This document shows positions 11,347 to 25,197 of a DNA stretch of 64,000 bases, one piece after another. Within the stretch, counting starts at the first letter, position 1. Each line of letters starts with the position of its first letter. This stretch comes from Octopus sinensis. Its lineage: Eukaryota. The notes below the pieces were generated by a model. The model saw nothing but the letters and a program-made list of their open reading frames with translations. It was not told the DNA's origin and searched no databases. The stretch is from contig NC_042998.1 of the NCBI RefSeq assembly GCF_006345805.1, positions 182,652,001 through 182,716,000 of the forward strand, read 5' to 3'. Position numbers and translations under genes: made by a program.

Positions 11347-11760
11347 GGAGGCGCAATGGCCCAGTGGTTAGGGCAGCGGACTCGCGGTCGGAGGATCGTG
11401 GTTTCGATTCCCAGACCGGGCGTTGTGTGTTTGTTGAGCAAAAACACCTAAAAGCTCTATGAGGTTCCAGCAGGGGGTGGTGGCGACCCCTGTTGTACTC
11501 TTTTGCCCCAACTTTCTCTCACTCTTTCTTCCTGTTTCTTGTCCCCGACTTCCTATGCAACCGCTGAGCCTGGATGCGCATTCATCCATCCGTCGATGCT
11601 CTCGGTGTCGGGGGTTGACCTGCTTTCTCTTCTGTGGGTCTTACGAATAGCAAAGGACCATGTTTCGGACTTCTCCCATCTTGCGAGCTCTGGAATGAAG
11701 ACCGTTCACTCAACAGCAACAGCAACAACAGCAACAACAACAACAATATCAACTATAGCA
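11347..11760 (+). mobile_element. tRNA-derived SINE with (CAA/CAG)n tail
   Basis: Head GGAGGCGCAATGGCCCAGTGGTTAGGG...GGTTTCGATTCCC has A/B-box-like motifs, followed by a ~290-bp non-tRNA body and a simple-repeat tail. A diverged relative lies at ~24858-25100. Confidence 0.75.
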
Positions 11761-11851
11761 GCCACAGAATCAACTGCAAGAATACATGACATTAACAATA
11801 CATGATGGCTCCAACACCATTATCACCACCATTACTACCAAAACCACCACC

Positions 11852-11883
<32 letters not shown>

Positions 11884-12472
11884 CAATCTACATGCACCAG
11901 TTTAAGTACATTGACATCAGAAAGCTTTTGACTGCATTCTGCTCACCTAACTTACAAACACAATGCTAAACACTTCCTTAAGAAACAAAATGTTGGCTGG
12001 AAAACTATCTTTCAAGTTGCCAAGGCTATGTATAGTACAATAAAAACAAACATCTAGAATCTGTAATTTCCTGAACAGAGTACAACAAAGGTTTGTCCGC
12101 CCATCTACACTTCTTTTTTTATCACGATCTTCCCCCACCTCCATGAAGTATACACACCGTTTCATATGTAGATAACTCCACAGCTACCTTCTCACACCAT
12201 TCTCCAGATAAAGCTAGCTGTACAACTACTCTCCACCAACCCTGCATTAACCAGTGAGAAATCTAATTCCAAACAAATATACTAAAAGCAGCGTCTTCTA
12301 AACCTCCTTTCTTACCAGCTATATGAAAGAAGATCAAATCCAGCCAACCATTATATTCGACAACAACAACAACAAAACACGCACAGACAAAGTCACAGAA
12401 GACAAACATTCGAGGAATTACATACACTACCTCTACAAACATTCATGCAACACTTAGAAGACAATAAGAAAT

Positions 12473-12678
12473 TACTCTTTTACTCTTTTACTGGAGCACC
12501 GCTTTTAGTCGAGCAAATCGACCCCAGGACTTATTCTTTGTAAGCCTAGTACTTAATCTATCAGTCTCTTTTGCCGAACTGCTAAGTTATGGGGACTTAA
12601 ACACACCAGCATCAGTTGTCAAGTGATGTTGGGGGGGACAAACACTGACATACAAACATATACACACACATATATACA

Positions 12679-12775
<97 letters not shown>

Positions 12776-12918
12776 CATATATACGATGGGCTTCTTTCAG
12801 TTTCCGTCTACCAAACCACTCACAAGGCTTTGGTCGGCCCAAGGCTATAGTAGAAGACACTTGCCCAAGGTGCCATGCAGTGGGACTGAACCTGGAACCA
12901 TGTGGTTGGTGAGCAAGC
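12473..12918 (-). mobile_element. tRNA-derived SINE, family 'K' (head GGAGTGGCTG.., internal microsatellite)
   Basis: Reverse complement of the copies at 40867 and 52275. Confidence 0.8.
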
Positions 12919-13075
12919 TTTGTTTCTTTTTTTAAATGCATGACTATGCAGAAATACTTAAAATGTATTCACAACCCCCTTATTTAATAATCACAAATAA
13001 ACAAGACTGGTGCACAAACAGTGGATTTGTTCATGAATTATGTCAGTCCTTGTTCTCAATGTGTGTGTGTGTGCG

Positions 13076-13107
<32 letters not shown>

Positions 13108-13149
13108 CATGTGTGTGTATATGCGTGTGTGTGTATACATGTGTACACA

Positions 13150-13381
13150 CACATATGTGTATATGCAATTCGAGCAAGGTCGTTGCCAGTACTGCCTGAC
13201 TGGCCCCCGTGCCGGTGGCACGTAAAACACCCACTACACTCTCGGTGTGGTTGGCGTTTAGGAAGGGCATCCAGCTGGAGAAACTCTGCCAGATCAAGAT
13301 TGAAGCCTGGTGCAGCCATCTGGTTCGCCAACCCTCAGACAAAATCGTCCAACCCATGCTAGCATGGAAAGCGGACGTTAA

Positions 13382-13412
<31 letters not shown>
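13150..13412 (+). mobile_element. RTE-type LINE 3'-UTR copy ending in (GAT)n
   Basis: Matches 8875-9345. Further copies at about 6830-6970(+), 14260-14470(-), 14970-15300(+), 26770-26985(+), 31240-31480(-), 37880-37990(+), 39270-39420(-), 39670-39900(+), 49910-50085(+), 54548-54890(-), 63635-63960(-). Confidence 0.8.
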
Positions 13413-13413
<1 letters not shown>

Positions 13414-13675
13414 AATGCATGCCTGTGTGTATATGTGTGTGTTTAACAAATTAATTCAAGACAACCCACTTTGAATAATCACAGGTAGCAGACCACATCC
13501 ACTGACCCCAGACCACATTTATAGACCCTACCTACACAATAATGAATTAAAAAACTTACAACATTATGAGCCAATGGCTGAAGCCTTTGGAGTGTTAGTC
13601 AGCATATTAGAAATAACAGCAAAATCTCCCTCGAAGACACTTTGTTATTTAAAACAAAAAAACAAAAGGACTTAC

Positions 13676-13750
13676 ATAATATAATTCTAGATCCTCTGTT
13701 CCTGAAAACAATATAGCCATGACTCATGGGTCTCTACAACAAAGGGTGAC
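13676..13750 (-). other. Candidate exon of an unidentified host transcript
   Basis: Acceptor tttttgtttagttccag and donor TAT|gtaagt. Contains ATG (13720) reading MAILFSGTEDLELYY; alternative internal acceptors exist. Confidence 0.25.
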
Positions 13751-14749
13751 CTGGAACTAAACAAAAACAACAATGAACAATTAAAAAAAAGAAAAAGAAA
13801 CAGAAATTTCATGAAATTTGGTGTACAAAGTTTGCTTCCAAAGTATGTTACAGTTAATTCCACACGTCTCTATTATCATAGAAACATTATTGTCATCATA
13901 AATTGTAAAATGCTTCTGAGAAGTCATCCAACCCTTCAAATTTGTAAGACTGAAACTCATCAAGTTTATTGTTCAGTACGGAGATTGAAATGTTTATCTA
14001 AATTTGAAAGTCGCTATTTTCAGATAACATTCACTATTGCAATTTCAATTGTCAGCTGCGAGTAACCTATCAGCAATTTAAATTTGATTTTATCATTTCT
14101 GGAAGCTTTAATGAACCAAGAAAGACTGTTGTATGTGAGGAAACTGAAAGCTAATTTTGATGATATTGTTGTAGTGTTAGCATCATTAGCCCTTCCATTA
14201 TTATACTTCTGTTTAAATAGATTGCCTTCCTTTTATCCTCAGCACCATGATCATCATCATTTAACACCCACGTTCTATGCTAGCATGGATTGGAGAGTTT
14301 GACAGGATTTGGTAAACCACAGGGCTGTGTCAAGTTCCAGTATCAACTTTGGTATGGTTTCTATGACTGGATGCCCTTCCTAACACCAACCACATTACAG
14401 TGTGTACTGGATATCTTTTTGTGCTACTGACATTAGTGAGGTTGCTAAGCAATTTGCAAGACAGAAAAGGACAGGGAAAAAGGGAAAGGAAAAATATCCT
14501 ACTACTAAGTAGTGGTGGTGGTGGTGGTGGTGGTTGTGAGGTTTTTTGGAGAAGGGAAGTGGATCGACCCCTGTATGCAACTGATACTTAATTTATCGAT
14601 CCCGAAAGGATGAAAGGTAAAGGTTACCGCAGCAGAATTTGAACTCAGAACATAAAGACAGATGAAATATCGCTAAATATTTCACCTGGCATGCTAACGT
14701 TTCTGCCAGCTTGCCACTGTTCTTTGCCAGGTATTGGAAAGATAGACAG

Positions 14750-14960
14750 CTACATTGCATTATACAGTGGGTGGGAGCAAATTTTAAATAATGGAAGATT
14801 TAGACCCAGGAAGACATGGGATGAGGTACTGTAGAATGACATCAGGATGCTGAACCTTTCAGGTGAGATGACAAAGGATTGAGATGCTTGGTGCCTTGCT
14901 GTACTCAAGAAGACCCATACTCCACAGCAGAAATGTTAAAACTAGCCTCTTTGGTGGTGT
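14750..14960 (+). mobile_element. RTE-type LINE ORF C-terminal remnant
   Basis: Translates as GRFRPRKTWDEVL*NDIRMLNL...DAWCLAVLKKT. Confidence 0.6.
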
Positions 14961-15780
14961 AAAGGACTCAACTCATGGCAGTGTTATGTAAAAGTGCCCA
15001 TATGGTGCCACATAAAAGCCCTTGTGTAGTACCACATAAAAGTGCCCATGTGGTGCCGCATAAAAGTGCTTCTGCAGTGCCATGTAAAAGCAGCCAGCAC
15101 ACTCTGTAAAGTGGTTGGCATTAGGAAGGGCATTCAGCCATAGAAACCATGACAAATAAGACTGGAACCTGGTGCAGCTCCCCAGCTTGCTAGTTCTGGT
15201 CAAATCATCCAACCCATGCCAGCATAGACAATGGGCATTAAATGATGATGATGACGACGATGATGATGATGATCATGATGATGATGATGATGATGATGAT
15301 GACTTTTGTTCTTATTTATCTGGTGTTTGTAAAAAAATAGGAATGAAATTTTGCCAGAAGGTTGTAACTTAGATTGTTTTAAAACAAAAAGTTTGTAACA
15401 TAAAACAAGTGGTGATTCCAAAGTTCAAAATTATTCACAAAATAACCAAAATAGAAGCATACATCATTCCCCATGGAATGATGTGATTTGGTATGACCAT
15501 TTCAATACTGATGATTTGACAGGACTGGCTGGACATTCAACCTGTTTTGGTGACAGCATGTCTTGGCATTGGAGGCAAACACCCACATGCATCTGCCCCA
15601 CACATGCAAAGGCTATGGCCATCCATTTTGCTATAGGTCTTTTTTTCAAGCACTGCCTGCACATGATGATTTTTTTATAGTGTGGAAAGGATTAGCACAG
15701 ATCGAATCCCACTCTCTGAACATGGACAACATAAACTTGTAAAGAAGAACTAGCCAACATCATCAAATATTGTCAGTGTC

Positions 15781-17167
15781 GTATGTATGTATGTATGTAT
15801 GTATGTATGTATGTATGTATGTATGTATGTATGTATGTATGTATGCATGTATGTATGTATGTATGTATGTATGTATGTATGTATGTATGTATGTTTGTCA
15901 GGTCACTCTTGGACACTACTGGTAACATGTAACTCAGTACAATCTGTTGCATGGTCGGGTCATCAGCAACTAAACTGGGAACCCCATCAAGCTTGCTTGG
16001 TGAGTAGAGTGATTGCTGGACACCCTGCAGGACGAAAAATAATACCTGTCAAAGGGCAGAAGAGCTCATAGACAGTTAACAGCCAACCCAAGTATTTCCA
16101 CATCCTAAGACATACATACATACATACACATGTCACATATTGTTGGCTGGCCATTGATTGCTCATGAGCTCTTCTGCCCTTTGACAGTTCTTATTTTTCG
16201 TCCTGCTGGGTGTCCAGCAATCATCCTCCTCACCAAGCTAGCTGGAGCCGTTCAAGAATTTGGACCTGGAGATCTCCATTTCCAGCGACTTCGAGGGCCA
16301 CCTCCCAGTGGTGTTGGGTGTCAATGAAGAGCCCTCGACTACAAGACGACCAAAGTTTTTTTGTTTTTATTTCCAAGGCCTGGGGTCTCCTGCCCCTAAG
16401 CCCTAGACCATCACCTAATCACCCTTACCCATCTTGTTGCTTAACAACAGCAACAACAGCAAGCTTGATGGGATTGCCAGTTTAGTCACTGATGACCTGA
16501 CCATGTAACAAGTTGTACTGGGTTACATGTTACCAGTAGTGTCCAAGAGTGACCTGATATACATACATACATAACATACATACATACATACATACATACA
16601 TACATACATGCATACATGCATACATGCATACATGCATGCATACATACATGCATACATGCATGCATATATGCATGCATACATAATACATACATACATACAT
16701 GCATGCATACATGCATGCATACATACATGCATACATGCATGAATACATAATACATACATACATACATACATACATACATACATGCATACATTCATACATA
16801 CATACATACATACATACATACAAACATACATACATACATACATACATACATACATACATGCATACATGCATACATGCATACATGCATGCATACATACATG
16901 CATACATGCATGCATATATGCATGCATACATAATACATACATACATACATGCATGCATACATGCATGCATACATACATGCATACATGCATGCATACATAA
17001 TACATACATACATACATACATACATACATACATACATACATGCATACATTCATACATACATACATACATACATACATACATACAAACATACATACATACA
17101 TACATACATACATACATACAACATACATACATACAAACATACATACATACATACATACATACATACA

Positions 17168-17197
<30 letters not shown>
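15781..17197. repeat. Fold-back structure: (ATGT)n-A-B / spacer / B'-insert-A'-(ACAT)n
   Basis: A (15898-15997) is the reverse complement of A' (16458-16557). B (15998-16088) is the reverse complement of B' (16142-16238). A 219-bp insert with a CAA-rich tail sits at 16239-16457. The flanking tetranucleotide arrays are also inverted. Confidence 0.85.
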
Positions 17198-17198
<1 letters not shown>

Positions 17199-18139
17199 GT
17201 AACTAGATGCTTATGTACATAAGCAGAACAAGTGAGGGAGATAAAATGAGAAAGGGAGAAAACAAGTGAAGAATTAAGATGGGAGAAACATTCAAATGTC
17301 TAATGTCAATGTTGAATCAGTGTTGAAACAGGTGACGCCAAACAGACTGTGCCAAATTAACTCATTCCTTTGAAACATCATTTCTTTGAAAATTCCTTAT
17401 AATTAGAATGATTTTATTTCAATGTATGTTGAAACATTTCTGTTTCACTTAACTTGAAAATTTATAAATGATAGTTTATTTTTGCATATTTCATGTATTA
17501 TACATAGATGTTTCCATTTACCATAAAATCAATTTCTTTTTAAAAGATATATTAGAGTTATTCCAACTAACAAATTTGAGCATTGTAAGGATTAACTAAA
17601 ATTGCAAAGAATATTGATTTTATGGGTGCTATTTATTGACTTTGAGTACATTGAACTCTGATTATAACCCCATCATTGATTTGTCTGTTCTGTTACAGTT
17701 GGTTAGAGCATCAATAAATAGAAGTAACGTTCTTGACAATCCTTTTAGCGTTTCACTGAGTTAGGTCATTGCACTATAGTCATGCTGGTTTTCATTGAAT
17801 GTTTCAAACCCCCCACCCCACCAGTACATATTTTAGTTTGTTAGTTATTTTATTAATCCCCATTGAATGGTAAAGTTACCTTTTGGCATGAAGAGATGCA
17901 ACTAACATCAGTGTTTTCACATTGGAATATAGATACACACACACACACACACACGCACATGCTTGCACACACATACATATATACATCAAAGCACAAAAAA
18001 ATATGTGTGTGAGTGCATGCATATATATACGTATGTATTTATGTATTTATTTTATTTTTATTTTATCTAGTTTCAGCTCACGAGCTGTGGCCATGCTGGG
18101 GCACTGCCATATATGCATGTATGTTTATATATATATATG

Positions 18140-18170
<31 letters not shown>

Positions 18171-18784
18171 ATGTGTGTGTGTGTATCATCATCATATATA
18201 TATATATATATATATATAGGTGAATTAGGTACTTAAGTTGAAGCACCAAGTCAGTCTGGTATTATCCGCACAGCTCAAAGTAAGGTGAATAAAATCAAAG
18301 TAAGCAACAAGATAACAAGTAGTAATGCAATATGACCATTTCAGGTGGCTCCATTTAATTGAACGATGCAATTATTACATCGATTTAAATGCAATGCTAT
18401 CTTCAGCTGCACAAATAAATAAATGGAATTTTAACAAGTAGGACACATTAATATAATTTTTCTTAAATATTTTAACAGGGTAAGAAGATGGAAGAAATTC
18501 ATGTCGCTATTGTAGCTAGGAATAGACTACAACTTCTAAGAATCGCATGAAGCATAGTGGGGTCATAGGGTTGTAAGAGATGTAATTCATTTCTAATTCA
18601 TTTATCTCTTTATCAATTACTAAATCTGAGACCTAGAAGACTGTGTCTATTTTAAATAAGTGGCAAGGTCATAAATATTATCATATGTATCCCTTTTCCC
18701 CAGCAAGGAAATAAGACATTAGTAGTCAATTGGATATAAGTAACTGTCTATAAAAAGAGGCAGGGTAGGAGTAAGCTTTAAATC

Positions 18785-19040
18785 ATGATGTTAATTAAGT
18801 TGTGATCTGATGGAGCTCCCTGGCTTTTCAACGATCTTAATGTTGAGTCTGGTCTCCTTCAGAGCTTTTCTAAATCTTTGGGCTTCTAAAAGCATCACTC
18901 TTTGATATTTGTTACTCTTGTACCATGTGTTCACCCTGTTTGCTTTGTCACAAACTCTTTGTATCCTATTCCAGTGTTTACTTCTATATCTAGGGCAGGT
19001 ACCACTGGTTTTAAGTAATAAATCACAAAAAAAAAAATTG
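18785..19040 (-). pseudogene. Probable Penelope-like element ORF remnant (region between RT and GIY-YIG)
   Basis: RIQRVCDKANRV...LNIKIVEKPGSSIRSQL resembles the V(K/R)IVE(K/R)xGxxIxSxL segment I associate with PLE proteins; recalled, not aligned. Confidence 0.35.
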
Positions 19041-20136
19041 CTCTTCCCAGACAATAAAATATGCTTTAACACACGAATTCACATGAATAATCTTGCAAAC
19101 CAAATACATACACACACACACACACGTGCACACACATACGAATGTATATATACACATATCAGGGTTTCATGCAGCTTCACTCAACAAAATTTTACTCACA
19201 CAGAGTTAATTAGTAGAGCTGAAATTAGTAGATTTATTGACATCACCATAATCATCACCGGCATCATAATTATCCTCCATCCCCATCCCCATTGTCATTG
19301 TTATCCTCATCATCGTCATCATCACTTTCATCATCATCATCAACCTCAATGTCATCACTGTCCTTATTATAAATTCTATTATCATCATTATTATCTTTTA
19401 AAAAATAAATAAATCACAAAGCTTGATGACCAATTTTAATGATTACTAAAATGAAATAAAATATTTGCAAAAACAGAATAATTGCTCTAAATTTATTTTT
19501 CAAATACTTTTAATTCATTTCATTTTTTTTCTTTATTCATATTTTAACTTCATCATCATCTTCATCGCCGTCATCATCATCATTATAATTATATTTTATT
19601 GTTTTCCTTTTCAGTTTCTTCATGTCTTTATTTACGAGCTGATGGTTTCGGTATTTTAAATAATTGGAACATACTGAATTAATTGTTTGTGACTAATTGC
19701 TGGAACAGTAAACTCTTGAGAGTCATTAGTAAATGATGTCTTTTGGCATTCCTTGTTTCTAAGATTGTTATTCTCCATTTCATACAAGAATATTACACTT
19801 GATCAATTCACATTACTTCATATATTTCTCTTCTTAATCATCTTATCTTGTTAAATTCTTTTTATGATTTACTGATTTGTTTTGTCATTATCATTAACTA
19901 TATCTTTGTTGTCATCATCATTGTCATTATCAGCATTGTTAATACGGTATTACAAAGTAACAGTATCTTGTTATTATAGTATTATAAAGTAACTTAGCCA
20001 CTCAATAAATGATGATCGATAACACTAGTACCAAAATGAAATTAAACTCTGAGTTCAAAATGATCAAATTTAAAAACTTTGAAAGTAGCACTACACCATG
20101 ATCATAGAGTTCCTTCCATGTCTTATTATTAGTATT

Positions 20137-21186
<1,050 letters not shown>

Positions 21187-21192
21187 TTATCA

Positions 21193-21247
<55 letters not shown>

Positions 21248-21281
21248 TAATACTATTCTTCTTCTTCTTCTTCTTCTTCTT

Positions 21282-21341
<60 letters not shown>

Positions 21342-21345
21342 TGTC

Positions 21346-21381
<36 letters not shown>

Positions 21382-21382
21382 T
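21187..21382. repeat. Compound microsatellite (ATT)n(CTT)n(ATT)n(AGT)n
   Basis: Direct reading. Confidence 0.95.
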
Positions 21383-21384
21383 TG

Positions 21385-22148
21385 AGTGAGAGAGCAGTGC
21401 ATGCTATCAAATGGACACTGGAGTACAAACATATGAAACCCAACGCACCCATTGTGACTACCTGTCTGATAAGGGTACACAGGCACATGCATCTCAACCA
21501 CATGTGTGTTGCTTGATGACCTCAAATCAAGATTAACAGCCCATCACCTTGCAGGTGAGGCCCAGTTACAATTTTCTTCAGGCTGAGAAGCCCATCATGC
21601 TCAGAAAGTCCCTGAATAAAGGTTGTTTAAATATGAATGAAACAACAACGTTTCCAAGGGTGAATTAATCAAACCCCAAAGAATTCCTCTCAACACATGG
21701 CTACAACGCTCTCCCCCTACTCTTACTCATTATCAGAGGTACACATATTGTTTGCTGCTAAGGTACATACTCAACTGATTAAGGTCAAACAACTGACAAG
21801 CAAATCTGTGGTATTGAGTAGGCGGCGAGCTGGCAGAAACGTTAGCACGCCGGGCGAAATGCTTAGTGGTATTTCGTCTGCTGTTATGTTCTGAGTTCCA
21901 ATTCCGCCGAGGTCGACTTTGCCTTTCATCCTTTCGGGGTCGATTATATAAGTACCAGTTACTCACTGGGGTCGATATAATCGACTTAATCCGTGTGTCT
22001 GACCTTGTTTGTCCCCTCTATGTTTAGCCCCTTGTGGGTAGTAAAGAAATAGGTATTGAGCAGAATATTTGCTGTAGTCCATTTTTTTTAACACCAAGAC
22101 AAACCATGTACACGCTAACACTTCAAATCAGTTAAGATCAGAAGCCAT
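21385..22148 (+). mobile_element. Family S repeat interrupted by a family M SINE
   Basis: Homology to 1-173 and 598-690; interrupted at GGTATTGAG. Confidence 0.7.
21819..22051 (+). mobile_element. Family M SINE with 9-bp target-site duplication
   Basis: GGTATTGAG at 21810-21818 and 22052-22060. Other family M copies at about 14550-14720(-), 22755-23060(+), 27013-27240(-), 47290-47480(-), 51301-51487(+), 62308-62521(-). Confidence 0.85.
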
Positions 22149-23970
22149 CTTTGTAAACACCTTGTTTAACATTACTTTGGGATGTTTTTCTCTTGGAGCT
22201 TTTGTGGTCAGTAAAGTTAAAGATTATTATAAGAATGGTGCTCTGGCAAAGTTTTTAAAGCTTTGGAAGAAATGCCTGGCTGTATTCTTCTGTCTCTTTA
22301 CATTCAGAGTTCAAATCCTGCTCAGGCCAACTTTATCTTTCATCTTTACAGAGTTGATAAAACAAAGTAATGGGCAACTGCTGGTATTGATGGTTTCAGC
22401 TAAACTCTTCACCTCAAAATTGCTGACTTTGTGCCAAAACTTCAAACAGTTATTATGATTATTGCCATTATTGTCCTTTTGGTAAACCCAAGATTACATA
22501 ATCATTATGGTTAATAAAGTAATGGTGAAGAAGACACTGCAGAGTGAGAGTCCTGCCACATGTGTTGTGACTTTTGATTTATGTCCCTCAACCTTCTTGA
22601 GTTCATTTTGCCTTTCATACTTCCAGAATCAATAAAGATCAGCCAAATGTTGAGGACAAAACAGCCAATCCTATATTCTTTCTCTTACAAATGTGTGGTA
22701 TTGTGCCAAAATGATAAATCATCATCACTCTCATTGTCATCATCATCATTATTATGAAGGCAATGAACTGGCAGAATTGTTTGAGCATTTATACAACAAT
22801 CCAGTTTAAAAGAATATTGTATGGTATTTTTTCTTCGATATTCTGAGTTCAAATCCCTTCCTTTCAGTATCAGTTAAGCATTGGGGTTGATGTAATTGAT
22901 TTATCCCTTACCCAGAAATTGCTGACATTGTACCAGAATTGGAAAAAATTACTATTATTCACTGAGGTCAGTTTTGCCTTTCATCCCTTTGAGGTTAATA
23001 AAATAAGTACCAGTTCAGTCTTGAGGCTTATGTAATTGGCTTCCCCCTCCCCTCAAAATTAGAAATAAATTGTTGTTGTTATTATCATTATTAGGGTGGA
23101 GAAGGAAGTGCTGTCCTCATGTGAGTTTATTGAAAGGTAGGTGAAAGTTGTAAAAGTGGCAAGAGTGGATGGTGCCTCTCTAAGTGTAGACCTGTGAGTC
23201 AGAGGGAAGCAACTGGAGAGGGCACTTGCTCATGGTGTTCAGAGAAATCTCAGACAGCAGGGTTCCTTGATAATCCCTAGAGGTCATCCTGTATCAAGAG
23301 GGCTACATCGCTATCATCCTCCCCCACTTTATTTTTTAAACTTTTGTATATTATGTATATTAAAGTGGAGCGAAAACTGCAACTTTTAAAATTGGTAACC
23401 AAGAATCGATATTTTGTTGTGAATTAGGGTTTAAAAAAGGTGTGTAAAGAACTTAGTGGTTAAATATTTGTCCAGGCTCTGCAACGCAATTGAAAATTTA
23501 AAATATCACTATTTTTGGTCAGATTTTGGATATCATGGATTATAAGTCATATCAAATACATATTTCTACATAGTAGAATGCAAAACAGTAAATGTAGTAT
23601 CCTTAGGAGGTTGCATACCAAGTTTCAATACAACTAACTAATATCTTGAGGTTCTGCATTGACTATAAAGAGAATGGGAGTGTGAACTTCTCTCCAGTGC
23701 TGCTGCAATGGTTGTTGCATGTGGACGTACATTGTATGTGCGAGAAGTTTTCTGCTTTGTACCTTGACTTTAGGCCATTCAGGCAGTACTGGCAATGGCC
23801 ACGCTCAAATGGTGCTTTTTATGTGCCACCTGCACAGGAGCTAGTCCAGCAGCACTACCAACGATCTGGCTCAAATGTTTTTTCACATGCCTCCAGCACA
23901 AGTGCTAGTAAGGCGACCATCTTTAAAATATGTATATTAATATATTTCCAGTTGTATATATAAAAGTATA

Positions 23971-24855
23971 TATGAGACGGTCCCCAAAAGTAACTGGAAA
24001 CGTTCTTTGTAGGACAGGTCCATTATAGTTCAGCTTTCTGCCATTAGAAACTGCTTGATGTGACTGGCATTGTACCATGACATCATACTGCCATGTGGTG
24101 CATCTTTGTTTTGCAGTGCTTCTCCACTGATAGTTGATTTTTTGAGATAGCTGAAATGAAGGAACAGCAGGTTTCTGTGAAATTCTGTTTTCTGTTGGGG
24201 GAAAAAGCAGCTGAAACAGTTGTTATGCTTCAAACAGCTTACAAGGCTGCTGCCATAAGTAAAACCCAAGTTTACAAGTGGTTTCCATGCTTTAGGAATG
24301 GTCACTTATTGCTTGAAGACCAACCTAGTTCAAGATGATCGTTGACCTCCCGAATGAAGGAAAACGTCATGAAAATTCATGAACTGCTCTTGGAAAACCA
24401 TTAATGAACAATTAATGGACTTGTTGATATGACCAATGTATCCTAGAGCTTTTGTCAACGAATTTTAAGTGAGGAATTGCGAATGAAAAGAGTTGCAGTA
24501 AAATTTTGTGGTTCGATTTTGAAGATCAAAAGCAGTCACGACTGAATGCATGTCATGAGCTGAATGGACAGTTGGAAGTTGATCTGAACAATTTTAAAAG
24601 GTCATCATTGGTGATGAAAGCTGATGCTATGGAATTTGCAGATGTGCAAGAGGTGAGGAAAAATACAACAGAGGCGTTAAAAGGTATCACTTCACTAGAG
24701 TTCCAGCACTGTTTCGAACGGTGGAAACTGCATCTGGACTGATGCATTGCCTCAAATGGGGAATACTTTGATGGTGACAAAAGTGTAAACATATAAAGCT
24801 AAGTGAATAAAATAATATTGCAAAATTCCAGTTTCTCCTGGTACCCCTTTGTGTA
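23971..24855 (+). mobile_element. Decayed mariner element with internal deletion
   Basis: N-terminal HTH region MKEQQVSVKFCFLLGEKAAETVVMLQTAY...WF..F.NG...LED; C-terminus FQHCFERW...CIASNGEYF; degenerate TIRs with TA ends. Confidence 0.8.
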
Positions 24856-25197
24856 TGGCATAGTGGTTAGGGTGTTGCACTCACAACTGTGAGATCATGG
24901 TTTCAATTCCTAGACTTGGTGGTACATTGTGTTCTTGAGCAAAACACTTCATCTCATGTTACTCTGTGATCGCTTTGACACCTGTCATGTGGTACACTGT
25001 GTATCTGTTCAGGCAGCATTAATTTGATGGAGGGAGTGAGCTAGTGTACAGCACATACATTTGTTCACTATAAACAAGTAATTTGTGCAGGTTGTTTGGC
25101 AAAAGCTGAATGCTCATATATCATCTTCAACTGGAGAGTCCAATATATATATACATACATACATATATATAGAAAACTTACCCCCCCCCCACACACA

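Noticed and set aside
11347-11425. tRNA-like sequence
   Set aside because: Continues into a SINE body and tail, and I could not fold a convincing cloverleaf; treated as a SINE head.
14025-14127. Plus-strand candidate exons (14025-14127 DNIHYCNF..., 26364-26446 DQLKRQEN..., 27793-27838, 34109-34173 EWEKIILNEY..., 40289-40400)
   Set aside because: AG/GT-bounded open frames exist, but phases do not chain into a recognisable protein and such segments arise by chance in AT-rich DNA.
15787-17222. Long ORFs of MYVC/HTYI, poly-I, poly-M/H/D, YI and VC type here and throughout the track
   Set aside because: Translations of microsatellites that lack stop codons; no coding signal.
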